A DNA stretch of 24,000 nt from an uncultured Actinomycetota bacterium. GTDB lineage: Bacteria > Actinomycetota > Actinomycetes > Mycobacteriales > Mycobacteriaceae. The notes under the pieces are model-generated. The model was not told the DNA's origin. It saw nothing but the letters and a program-made list of their open reading frames with translations, and searched no databases. The translations under genes and the position numbers were made by a program. This document shows, piece after piece, positions 8,464 through 17,343 of the stretch. The DNA lies in assembly GCA_963787055.1 (NCBI GenBank), contig CAWBBP010000014.1, positions 38,737 through 62,736 of the forward strand. The letters are read 5' to 3'. Every line of letters begins with the position of its first letter. Position 1 is the stretch's first letter.

Positions 8464-9714
8464 TCAGTTCAGCCGGGCCGAATCCAGCGATATACCGGCG
8501 CCCGGGAACCGGGCCAGCAATGCGTCGCCCATCGCGGCCGCCGGGGTGAGCACACCGAAGAGTTCCGGCAGCTTGTCACGGTCCAGCGCCAGCGCCAGGC
8601 CGCACTCCCCCAGCATCACCGCCGTCGCCTTGTAGCCGGGGTCGCCGCTCTGGGACATGGTGGCCACGTACCGAGCCCCGGTGCTGGTGGTGGTGTAGGT
8701 CTCGACCCGGTACCAACCCTGCTCGCGGACCTGCTCGCTGGGACCCGTGCCCGGTTTGGGAGCCAACCGCTCGACCAGTCTGCGCGGCAGGAAGCGGAAG
8801 AAACGACTGCCCAATGCGGCGGTCGCGTTGGTGGCCGCGGTGGCCACCGCCGAAACGACCGGCGCGGTGATCGACGGTCCGACACTCATGTACTCGGCGT
8901 AGCGGAACCGCCGGCCGTAGGCGTAGTCGAGCAGGGCGTTGCTGCGCCGGACGATCCGGGTGTTGTACATGGCCATGACGAACCCGGCAGCCCACACCCC
9001 GGCGAGTTCGGGGGCGATCTCGGTGCCGCGGCGCCACGGCAGATCGGGTTGGGCGCCGAGTTCCGGTTCGGCGCCGCGGTCCTGGGTCAGGGTGTACGGG
9101 TCCTCGAGCAGCTTGCGGGTGTCCGGGTCGCCCGAGGATGCCCGGAACACCTCGATCATCGAGGCGATCGTGCCGCCGGACACCCCTCCGGAGAACCCGC
9201 GCAGCACGAAGTTGGTGTCCAGCAGGTCGCCGACGTTGTCCTGCCGGGCACGGCGGAACAGTTCGTAGACGGTCATGTCCGAGGGGATCGAGTCGAACCC
9301 GCAGGCGTGCACGATTCGCGCACCGGTGTCGACTGCCTGCTTGTGGTAGGCGTCGATGCTCTGCCGCACGAACATCGCCTCACCGGTCAGGTCCGCGTAA
9401 TCGGTCCCGGCCGCTGCGCAGGCCGCCACTAGGGGCAGCCCGTACTTGCTGTAGGGGCCGACGGTGGTCACGACGACCCGGGTGCGGGCCGCCATCTCGT
9501 CGAGGGTCGAGGGCCGGTCGGCGTCAACGGTGAGGATCGGCCAGGACTGCGCCGCCTCGCCCAGGGTCGCGCGGACCGCCTCCAGCTTGGCCGGTGAGCG
9601 CCCGGCCAACGCGATCCGGGCCGGCCCGCCTGCCCTGGCAAGGTATTCGGCGGTGAGCCTGCCGACGAAACCGGTGGCCCCGTACACAACGATGTCGAAT
9701 TCGCGCCCTGTCAT
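8464..9714 (-). CDS. saccharopine dehydrogenase-fold NAD(P)-binding protein (Rv2449c / trans-acting enoyl reductase-like)
   Basis: 416-aa ORF with N-terminal Rossmann motif FDIVVYGATGFVGRLTAEYL and GPYSKYGLPLVAACAAAGTDYADLTGE. It holds the same position as Rv2449c, between valS and rpfE. Confidence 0.85.
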   Translation of the reverse strand: MTGREFDIVVYGATGFVGRLTAEYLARAGGPARIALAGRSPAKLEAVRATLGEAAQSWPILTVDADRPSTLDEMAARTRVVVTTVGPYSKYGLPLVAACAAAGTDYADLTGEAMFVRQSIDAYHKQAVDTGARIVHACGFDSIPSDMTVYELFRRARQDNVGDLLDTNFVLRGFSGGVSGGTIASMIEVFRASSGDPDTRKLLEDPYTLTQDRGAEPELGAQPDLPWRRGTEIAPELAGVWAAGFVMAMYNTRIVRRSNALLDYAYGRRFRYAEYMSVGPSITAPVVSAVATAATNATAALGSRFFRFLPRRLVERLAPKPGTGPSEQVREQGWYRVETYTTTSTGARYVATMSQSGDPGYKATAVMLGECGLALALDRDKLPELFGVLTPAAAMGDALLARFPGAGISLDSARLN

Positions 9715-9720
9715 GGGGCC

Positions 9721-9726
9721 AACCTA
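9721..9726 (-). promoter_or_regulatory. candidate -10 hexamer TAGGTT for a leaderless transcript of the Rv2449c-like gene
   Basis: Minus strand reads TAGGTT GGCCCC ATG(9714): TANNNT, 6 nt, start codon. No SD. The -35 region would fall in the 3' end of the upstream rpf gene. Confidence 0.35.
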
Positions 9727-9751
9727 CGTGACGGCGCACCCGACGATCAGG

Positions 9752-10318
<567 letters not shown>

Positions 10319-10361
10319 TTACAGCCGGGTCGATCGATACCGGCCAGACCCGAGACCGGAC

Positions 10362-10406
10362 ACGAAAAACGAAAAAGGTGGCGCCGGATTTCTCCGGCGC
10401 CACCTT
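10362..10406 (-). terminator. rho-independent terminator of the minimal rpf gene (14-bp perfect stem + U-tract)
   Basis: Minus strand: AAGGTGGCGCCGGA GAAA TCCGGCGCCACCTT followed by TTTTCGTTTTTCG. Stem is 10375-10388 / 10393-10406, T-tract 10362-10374. It starts 20 nt after the stop at 10426. Confidence 0.8.
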
Positions 10407-10425
10407 CAGTTCAGACGATTCAGCG

Positions 10426-10800
<375 letters not shown>

Positions 10801-10911
10801 TCACCGGCCCCGCTCACACGCAGGGTTCCTCATCTGGAATTGTTTGGCCTATTCAGGCAACGGGTACGACGGTACGCAGCGCATTGCGCCAAGTCACGTG
10901 AATGACACGCC

Positions 10912-10941
10912 AATATATTTCAGATAACAGACCAATCACAA
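10912..10941 (-). promoter_or_regulatory. candidate sigma-A-type promoter for the minimal rpf (-35 TTGTGA, 18-nt spacer, -10 TATATT)
   Basis: Minus strand: TTGTGA TTGGTCTGTTATCTGAAA TATATT, in the locally AT-rich stretch. It would give a 5' UTR of about 155 nt. An alternative -10, ATAAGT at 11014-11019, is also possible. Confidence 0.3.
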
Positions 10942-11018
10942 CGGCAGATATTGTGGATGCGTCGCAGGTCAGGGCGGCGTGTCCGGTCTCCACCCAGCAC
11001 TGACGGAGCCGTCACTTA

Positions 11019-11034
11019 TGTGATGCGAATCACA
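11019..11034. promoter_or_regulatory. perfect CRP/FNR-family box TGTGA-N6-TCACA
   Basis: Plus strand tgtga tgcgaa tcaca, 10/10 to the consensus. The palindrome extends to aTGTGAt..aTCACAt. It lies 270 nt upstream of the minimal rpf start. Confidence 0.55.
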
Positions 11035-11041
11035 TCGAGTT

Positions 11042-11057
11042 TGTGAAGCGGCGCACA
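11042..11057. promoter_or_regulatory. second CRP-type box, 9/10 (TGTGA-N6-GCACA)
   Basis: Plus strand tgtga agcggc gcaca. Its centre is 23 bp from the centre of the perfect box. Confidence 0.4.
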
Positions 11058-11145
11058 GCGATGTAATTCACATTAGCCACACGAAGCGCACGGTCAACAC
11101 CAATAACAGGTTGATCTCATCCGCCCCGAACCGTCGGCCCGCGCA

Positions 11146-11712
11146 TCAGCGCAGGTCAGACTCGCAGTTGAGATTGGTCAGGGACCGGGTCGCCGGCATG
11201 ACGACACGCCTGCTGGGCACCGCCGCGACGAGAGCACGCATGCTGCGCTGGCCATCGGCGACCAAGGCGTCGATGCGATCGGCCAGGGCCGTCCGGTACA
11301 CACCGGCCAGGTAATGCTCCCGACCGTCCCACGGCAGCACCACATCAATCCCGTGATCACCATCAAGACGGTCGATGAGGTCGACCGATAGATAGGGCAT
11401 ATCCACCGCGCAGACGAAGGCGTACTCCAGACCCTCGTCGGCGGCCGCCCGCAAACCCCGCCCGGTGGCACGCAACGGACCGGCCCCCGGGACCTCGTCG
11501 CGCAGCACCCGGGCATCCAGCGCCGGCAGCACCTGCCCGGGGGCGGCGACGACGAACATCGGGGCGCAACGCCGGGCCAGCACCCCGAGGGTGTGCTCGA
11601 CCATGCTGACAGCGGGCTGTCGCGGGTGCGGCATGGTGGCCTTGTCCCGCCCCATCCGTCGCGACTGCCCCCCGGCCAGGACGATGGCGGCCAATGGGGG
11701 CCGCGACGACAC
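11146..11712 (-). CDS. mobA: molybdenum cofactor guanylyltransferase
   Basis: 188-aa ORF with a GTG start. Motif [18 protein letters not shown] plus [10 protein letters not shown] and CAVDMPYL. It starts 5 nt after the korB stop. Synteny with Rv2453c. Confidence 0.85.
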   Translation of the reverse strand: MSSRPPLAAIVLAGGQSRRMGRDKATMPHPRQPAVSMVEHTLGVLARRCAPMFVVAAPGQVLPALDARVLRDEVPGAGPLRATGRGLRAAADEGLEYAFVCAVDMPYLSVDLIDRLDGDHGIDVVLPWDGREHYLAGVYRTALADRIDALVADGQRSMRALVAAVPSRRVVMPATRSLTNLNCESDLR

Positions 11713-11717
11713 CGGTC

Positions 11718-12791
11718 TCAGTCCACGGTCCAGGTGTCGCGACCGCGCAGAAGCGACTGCAGGGCGGCGCTGTCGCGCGGGCGGGCCGCGCGGTCGGCGG
11801 CAACCTGCCGACGCGCGGCGTCGTCATAGGTCGGTCGGTTGACCTGCCGGAAGATCCCCATCACGGTGTGCTCAAGATTCTGATCGCTCAGCCGGGACAG
11901 GGCGAAAGCATAGGCCGGGTTATCCGCGCTCGAGTCGTGAACCACGATCTGGTCGGCGGCGACGTCGGCGGTCTTGGCCACCTCCAGTCCGAAACCGGTC
12001 TGCACCACGGCGTACTCGCCGCCCGCGCCGAAGGTGATCGGCTCCCCGTGCGCCACCTTGATCACCCGATCCTCGGCGCCGTCCTTGCGCAACACGTCGA
12101 ACGACCCGTCGTTGAAGATCGGGCAGTCCTGCAGGATCTCCACCAGGGCCGCACCGCGGTGGGCGGCGGCGGCACGCAACACCTCGGACAGACCCTTGCG
12201 GTCGGAGTCCAGTGCCCGGCCGACGAACGTCGCCTCCGCGCCCAGCGCCACCGACACCGGGTTGAACGGGTGATCCAGCGAGCCCATCGGAGTCGACTTG
12301 GTGACCTTTCCGACCTCCGAGGTCGGCGAGTACTGGCCTTTGGTCAGCCCGTAGATCCGATTGTTGAACAGCAGGATGGTGATGTTCACATTGCGGCGCA
12401 GGGCATGGATCAGGTGGTTACCGCCGATGGACAACGCATCACCATCGCCGGTGACCACCCACACCGACAGGTCCGGCCGGGCCAGTGCCAGGCCGGTCGC
12501 GACGGTCGGCGCCCGACCGTGGATGGAGTGGAATCCGTAGGTTTCCAGGTAGTACGGGAACCGGCTGGAGCAGCCGATGCCGCTGACGAAGGCGATGTTC
12601 TCCCGCCGCAACCCCATCTCCGGAAGGAAATTGCGGATGGTGTTGAGGATGACGTAGTCACCGCAGCCCGGGCACCAGCGCACCTCCTGGTCGCTGGTGA
12701 AGTCCCTGGACCTGAGCGTAACGGCGCTGGCCGGCACCCCGGCGTTCTTCGACTCCACCAGACCGAGGTCGGCTCCGATCAGATCCGTCAC
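11718..12791 (-). CDS. korB: 2-oxoglutarate:ferredoxin oxidoreductase, beta subunit (TPP-binding)
   Basis: 357-aa ORF with the CPGCGDY Cys motif and the TPP-binding region [42 protein letters not shown] 12791 overlaps the korA stop (GTGA). Synteny with Rv2454c. Confidence 0.9.
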   Translation of the reverse strand: MTDLIGADLGLVESKNAGVPASAVTLRSRDFTSDQEVRWCPGCGDYVILNTIRNFLPEMGLRRENIAFVSGIGCSSRFPYYLETYGFHSIHGRAPTVATGLALARPDLSVWVVTGDGDALSIGGNHLIHALRRNVNITILLFNNRIYGLTKGQYSPTSEVGKVTKSTPMGSLDHPFNPVSVALGAEATFVGRALDSDRKGLSEVLRAAAAHRGAALVEILQDCPIFNDGSFDVLRKDGAEDRVIKVAHGEPITFGAGGEYAVVQTGFGLEVAKTADVAADQIVVHDSSADNPAYAFALSRLSDQNLEHTVMGIFRQVNRPTYDDAARRQVAADRAARPRDSAALQSLLRGRDTWTVD

Positions 12792-14740
12792 GCGCTGGCT
12801 CCCGCCCCGGTTTGGCCGTTCGCCCCAGCTCCCACGGTCGCCGCCGTGCGCCTGGCGAATATCGTCTTGTCGCGCTCCGCGTCGCCCAAGGTTCCGTCCA
12901 GGGCCGCCGCGATGACCTCTTCCAGTTCATCCGCCCGGAACGCCATCCCGGCCACCTTGGTCACCGATTGCACATCCACCAGATATCTGCCGCGCAGTAG
13001 CAGCGCGAGCTGACCCAGGTTCATCTCCGGCAGCACCACCGTCGGGTAGCGCCCCAGCACCTCGCCGAGATTGGCCGGCAGCGGGTTGAGGTGGCGCAAC
13101 TGGGCGTGGGCGACCTTCACCCCCCGTCGGCGAACCCGCCGGCAGGCCTCGCCGATCGGGCCGAACGAACTGCCCCAGCCCAGCATCAGCAGTTCGGCGT
13201 CCCCGGTCGGATCGTCGACCACGAGGTCGGGCACCGCGATCCCGTCGATCTTGGCCTGCCGCAGCCGGACCATCTGATCGTGATTGGCGCCGTGATAGGA
13301 GATGTCACCCGATCCGTTGGCCTTCTCCAGACCGCCGATGCGGTGCTCCAGGCCTGCGGTGCCCGGAACCGCCAGCTGTCGGGCCAGCGTCTCGGGGTCA
13401 CGGGCGTAGGGCGCGAAATCCTGGCCCGGTCGCGCGAAACCGGGGTCGATGGCCGCGAAGGTGCCGACGTCGGGGATGCGCCACGGTTCGGATCCGTTGG
13501 CGATCGCACCATCGGACAACACGATCACCGGGGTGCGGTAGGTCAGCGCGATCCTGGCGGCCTGCACCGCGATATCGAAGCAGTCCGACGGCGAGCAGGG
13601 GGCCAGCACCGCCACCGGGGACTCGCCGTTGCGGCCGAACATCGCCTGGAGCAGATCGGCCTGCTCGGTCTTGGTGGGCAGCCCGGTCGACGGGCCGCCG
13701 CGCTGGACGTCGATGATCAGCAGCGGCAGTTCGGTCATCACCGCCAGTCCGATGAACTCCGATTTCAAAGCGACTCCGGGCCCCGACGTGCTGGTCACCC
13801 CGAGCGCACCGCCGTAGGAGGCGCCAATCGCGGCGCCGATACCGGCGATCTCGTCCTCGGCCTGGAAGGTCAGCACGTCGAAGTTCTTGTGTTTGGACAG
13901 CTCATGCAGGATGTCAGAGGCCGGGGTGATCGGATAGCTGCCCAGCAGTACCTGGACCCCGGCGAGGTGACCGGCGGCGATGATGCCGTAGGACAGGGCG
14001 GTGTTGCCGGAGATCTGCCGGTACTCCCCCGGCGCCAACGTGGCCGGTGCCACCTCGTAGGTGGTGGCGAACGCCTCGGTGGTCTCACCGTAGTTCCAGC
14101 CCGCCCGCAGTGCCAGGATGTTCGCCTCTGCGATCTGCGGCTTACGGGCGAACTTCTCCCGGACGAACGTCTCACTCGGGGCGATCGGCCGGCCGTACAT
14201 CCAGCACAGCAGCCCGAGGGCGAACATGTTCTTGGCGCGCTCGCCGTCCTTCTTCGACGCGCCGATCGGTTCCACCGCACCCAGGGTCAGGCTGGTCATC
14301 GGGACGGCATGGACGACGTAGTCGGACAATTCGCCGGTGTCCAGTGGGCTGGCCGGATAGCCCACCTTGCCGAGGTTGCGCTTGGTGAACTCGTCGGAGT
14401 TGGCGATCACGGTGCCACCGCGGGGCAGGTCGTCGAGATTGGCCTTCAGCGCGGCCGGGTTCATCGCCACCAGCACGTCCGGTCGGTCGCCCGCGGTGAG
14501 GATGTCATAGTCGGCGATCTGGATCTGGAACGACGAGACACCGGGCAGCGTGCCCTGGGGCGCACGGATTTCAGCGGGGTAATTCGGCTGGGTCGCAAGG
14601 TCATTGCCGAACAGCGCGGCCTCGGAGGTGAACCGGTCGCCGGTCAGCTGCATACCGTCGCCGGAGTCCCCGGCGAACCTGATCACGACTTTTTCGAGTT
14701 TGTGCCGGTGGTGGGCAACCCCGTTACCGCTCAGACCCAC
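12788..14740 (-). CDS. korA: 2-oxoglutarate:ferredoxin oxidoreductase, alpha subunit
   Basis: Track ORF 12788..14902. Preferred start is GTG 14740 (GAAAGG SD 9 nt upstream), giving 650 aa starting (M)GLSGNGVAHHRHKLEKVVIRFAGDSGDGMQLTGDRF.., like Rv2455c as I recall it. The upstream ORF extension is AT-rich with rare codons. Confidence 0.9.
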   Translation of the reverse strand: MGLSGNGVAHHRHKLEKVVIRFAGDSGDGMQLTGDRFTSEAALFGNDLATQPNYPAEIRAPQGTLPGVSSFQIQIADYDILTAGDRPDVLVAMNPAALKANLDDLPRGGTVIANSDEFTKRNLGKVGYPASPLDTGELSDYVVHAVPMTSLTLGAVEPIGASKKDGERAKNMFALGLLCWMYGRPIAPSETFVREKFARKPQIAEANILALRAGWNYGETTEAFATTYEVAPATLAPGEYRQISGNTALSYGIIAAGHLAGVQVLLGSYPITPASDILHELSKHKNFDVLTFQAEDEIAGIGAAIGASYGGALGVTSTSGPGVALKSEFIGLAVMTELPLLIIDVQRGGPSTGLPTKTEQADLLQAMFGRNGESPVAVLAPCSPSDCFDIAVQAARIALTYRTPVIVLSDGAIANGSEPWRIPDVGTFAAIDPGFARPGQDFAPYARDPETLARQLAVPGTAGLEHRIGGLEKANGSGDISYHGANHDQMVRLRQAKIDGIAVPDLVVDDPTGDAELLMLGWGSSFGPIGEACRRVRRRGVKVAHAQLRHLNPLPANLGEVLGRYPTVVLPEMNLGQLALLLRGRYLVDVQSVTKVAGMAFRADELEEVIAAALDGTLGDAERDKTIFARRTAATVGAGANGQTGAGASA

Positions 14741-14932
14741 GTCGGGCGCCTTTCGTCGGATCGCGGCGGGCTCGTGTCGCACGCGATGCCGATTATTACA
14801 CTCTCTTAGACACGCTTCAGTCGGCACTGCGACGGACACGCCGTTCGCTGGCCACGATAACCACAGGTCATCGGGATAAGGCAACCTTCGGTCCGCAAAC
14901 ACCGAGTGTCGTTGGCCACGGCGGGCGTCAGC

Positions 14933-14959
14933 GAATTTTAAGAAGTCACCCGGGGCTTC
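14933..14959 (-). terminator. weak terminator-like hairpin after the GS-III gene
   Basis: Minus strand GAAGCC CCGGGT GACTTC (6-bp stem including one G.U pair) followed by TTAAAATTCG, about 50 nt after the stop at 15009. Confidence 0.3.
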
Positions 14960-14982
14960 ACCAGATCGGATCCACGATCGGA

Positions 14983-15020
14983 TTCAGAGGGTGTTTCAGG
15001 GGATGTGTTCAGAGGATGTA
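14983..15020. repeat. three tandem 12-13-nt units TTCAGRGGRTGT spanning the GS-III stop codon
   Basis: ttcagagggtgt (14983-94), ttcaggggatgtg (14995-15007), ttcagaggatgta (15008-20). Preceded by two gatcggat copies 12 nt apart (14964-71, 14976-83). Confidence 0.6.
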
Positions 15021-17183
15021 GAGCATCTCCTGGTAGGTCGGCAGCGGCCACAGATCGTCGGCAATGATCCCTTCGAGGGTGTCGGCGGCGGCCCGGACCG
15101 CATCCATCGCCGGCAGCACCTCATCCCGGGCGTGCAGGGCTTCGGCGAGGCTGCCCTCGACGTGGGCCGCCAGGGCGGCTTTCAGACCGGCGATCGCCGC
15201 GGTGAGCTCGGCGATCGGCTCGGACACCTGTGCCAGCAGCGACGTATCGGCTGGGAATCCGGCGGCCTTCATGGTGGCCACGTTCTGGGCCAGTTCGGTC
15301 TGGTAGCGCAGGGCTGCCGGCAGGATCACCGTCGAGCCGATCTCACACGCCAGCTTGGCCTCCACGGCGATGGTCATGGCGTACTGCTCCAGGCGGACCT
15401 CGTAGCGGCTGTGTAGCTCGCGCTCGTTGAACACCCCGTACCGCTCGAACAGCTCGATCGACTCGGGGGTGATGAGCTCCGGGATGGCGTCGAGGGTGGT
15501 CTTGAGATTCGGCAGACCCCGTTCGGCCGCCTCGATCTGCCAGTTCTCCGAGTAGCCGTCGCCGTTGAACACCACCGCTCCGTGCTCGGTGATGATGTCG
15601 GTGAGCAAGGTTTGCACCGCAGAGTCGAAGTCGACGCCCGCGGCGACCGCCTTCTCTAGAACGGTGGCCATATGGTCGAGAGAGTCGGCCATGATCGTGT
15701 TGAGAACGATCATGGGCACGTTGATGGTCTGCCCGGAGCCCGGTGCCCGGAACTCGAATCGGTTGCCGGTGAAGGCGAACGGGCTGGTGCGGTTGCGGTC
15801 ACCCGGATCGGTGGGCAGGTGCGGCAGGGTGTCGACCCCGATGATCATGGTGCCCTTGCCCTTCGATGAGGTGGCTGCACCCTTGGCGATCTGCTCGAAG
15901 ACATCGGCGAGCTGGTCACCGAGGAAGATCGAGATGATCGCCGGCGGGGCCTCATTGGCGCCGAGGCGGTGATCGTTGGTGGCCGAGGCCACCGACACCC
16001 GCAGCAGACCGGCGAATTTGTGCACGGCGCGGATGATCGCCGCGCAGAACACCAGGAACTGGGCGTTCTCATGGGGTGTGTCGCCGGGTACCAGCAGGCT
16101 GCCGAACTGGGCGTTGCCCATCGAGAAGTTCACATGCTTGCCGGATCCGTTGACCCCGGCGAACGGCTTCTCGTGGAACAGGCATTCCATACCGTGCTTC
16201 TTGGCGATGGTCTTGAAGACCGTCATCAGCAGTTGCTGGTGGTCGGCGGCGATATTGGCCCGCTCGAACATCGGCGCGATCTCGAACTGGCCCGGGGCGA
16301 CCTCGTTGTGCCGGGTCTTGGCCGGGATGCCGAGCTTGAACAGTTCGCGCTCGGTGTCCATCATGAAGCCGAGCACCCGCTCCGGGATTGACCCGAAGTA
16401 GTGATCGTCGAATTCCTGTCCCTTGGGCGGCTTGGAGCCGAACAGTGTCCGGCCGGCATTGATCAGGTCCGGCCGGGCCAGGAAGAAATGCCGGTCGATC
16501 AGGAAGTACTCCTGCTCGGGACCGCAGAACGACACGATGCGGTCGAAATCGGAGTGCCCGAACAGCCTCAGGATTCGCTCCGCCTGGGCGCCCATCGCCT
16601 GCTGACTGCGCAATAGCGGCGTCTTGTAGTCCAGCGCCTCACCGGTCATCGAGACGAAGACCGTCGGGATGCACAAGGTGTTGCCGTTCGGGTTCTCGAG
16701 GATGTAGGCCGGGCTGGTGACATCCCAGCCGGTGTACCCACGGGCCTCGAAGGTGCTACGCAGCCCGCCGGAGGGGAAGCTGGACGCGTCCGGCTCACCC
16801 TGGATGAGGGTCTTGCCGGCGAACTCGGCCAGCGTCTGACCATCGGAGACCGGTTCGAGGAAGCTGTCATGTTTCTCGGCGGTCAGACCGGTCATCGGGT
16901 AGAAGACGTGCGCATAGTGGGTGGCGCCGCGCGACAGCGCCCAATCCTTCATGACCGAGGCGACGGAATCGGCGACCGCCGAATCCAGTTTGGCGCCCTT
17001 CTCGATGGTGGCGACGACGGATTTGTAGGCCGACTTCGGCAACCGCAACCGCATCTCGGCCAGGGTGAAGACATTGGAGCCGAAGATCTCCCCGGGCGCC
17101 TCGGCCGGATCGAAGCTGATCGCCGGCGGCACGTATGCCTCGACGTTGTTGATCGCCTGCAAACGGACCGTGTTCCCGCTCAA
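15009..17183 (-). CDS. glnN: glutamine synthetase, type III
   Basis: 724-aa ORF, the size and layout typical of GS-III rather than the roughly 470-aa GS-I. Motifs read in the translation: [51 protein letters not shown] start at 17183 with a GAGAGGAA SD. Confidence 0.88.
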   Translation of the reverse strand: MSGNTVRLQAINNVEAYVPPAISFDPAEAPGEIFGSNVFTLAEMRLRLPKSAYKSVVATIEKGAKLDSAVADSVASVMKDWALSRGATHYAHVFYPMTGLTAEKHDSFLEPVSDGQTLAEFAGKTLIQGEPDASSFPSGGLRSTFEARGYTGWDVTSPAYILENPNGNTLCIPTVFVSMTGEALDYKTPLLRSQQAMGAQAERILRLFGHSDFDRIVSFCGPEQEYFLIDRHFFLARPDLINAGRTLFGSKPPKGQEFDDHYFGSIPERVLGFMMDTERELFKLGIPAKTRHNEVAPGQFEIAPMFERANIAADHQQLLMTVFKTIAKKHGMECLFHEKPFAGVNGSGKHVNFSMGNAQFGSLLVPGDTPHENAQFLVFCAAIIRAVHKFAGLLRVSVASATNDHRLGANEAPPAIISIFLGDQLADVFEQIAKGAATSSKGKGTMIIGVDTLPHLPTDPGDRNRTSPFAFTGNRFEFRAPGSGQTINVPMIVLNTIMADSLDHMATVLEKAVAAGVDFDSAVQTLLTDIITEHGAVVFNGDGYSENWQIEAAERGLPNLKTTLDAIPELITPESIELFERYGVFNERELHSRYEVRLEQYAMTIAVEAKLACEIGSTVILPAALRYQTELAQNVATMKAAGFPADTSLLAQVSEPIAELTAAIAGLKAALAAHVEGSLAEALHARDEVLPAMDAVRAAADTLEGIIADDLWPLPTYQEMLYIL

Positions 17184-17301
17184 CTGAGTTCCTCTCGACC
17201 TACCGTGACGCCCGACCTTGACCGTTGGGCATGTAATCAGCCCAAGCTAGGAACCCTCGATGGCGAACGTGTTACGCCGACGTCAAGGACGGAATTCGCT
17301 G

Positions 17302-17327
17302 GTGACCGGATTGGTGAGATCGGTCAC
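17302..17327 (+). promoter_or_regulatory. inverted repeat GTGACCG-N12-CGGTCAC immediately upstream of the FdhF/YdeP-like gene
   Basis: 7-bp perfect arms at 17302-08 and 17321-27, inside the 160-bp divergent region. It ends 4 nt before the candidate -10. Confidence 0.3.
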
Positions 17328-17331
17328 TGGC

Positions 17332-17337
17332 TAGATT
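17332..17337 (+). promoter_or_regulatory. candidate -10 hexamer TAGATT for a leaderless FdhF/YdeP-like transcript
   Basis: Plus strand TAGATT GGGCGC ATG(17344): TANNNT, 6 nt, start codon. No SD. Confidence 0.4.
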
Positions 17338-17343
17338 GGGCGC

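Noticed and set aside
10925-10940. Third CRP-like site TAACA-N6-TCACA
   Set aside because: Only the right half matches (7/10 overall). It coincides with the putative -35 TTGTGA and is better explained as that.
14741-14902. N-terminal extension of korA (track start at 14902); likewise ndk (3487), clpP1 (23675/23378), clpP2 (22954) and the larger rpf (10303)
   Set aside because: The extensions have AT-ending rare codons or no similarity to the family. Internal GTG/ATG starts with SD sequences give lengths and N-termini matching mycobacterial orthologs as I recall them.
17245-17290. GlnR-type nitrogen boxes upstream of the GS-III gene
   Set aside because: Only isolated half-sites (GGAAC, GTTAC) with wrong spacing or a degenerate partner. 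They do not meet the a-site-n6-b-site pattern.
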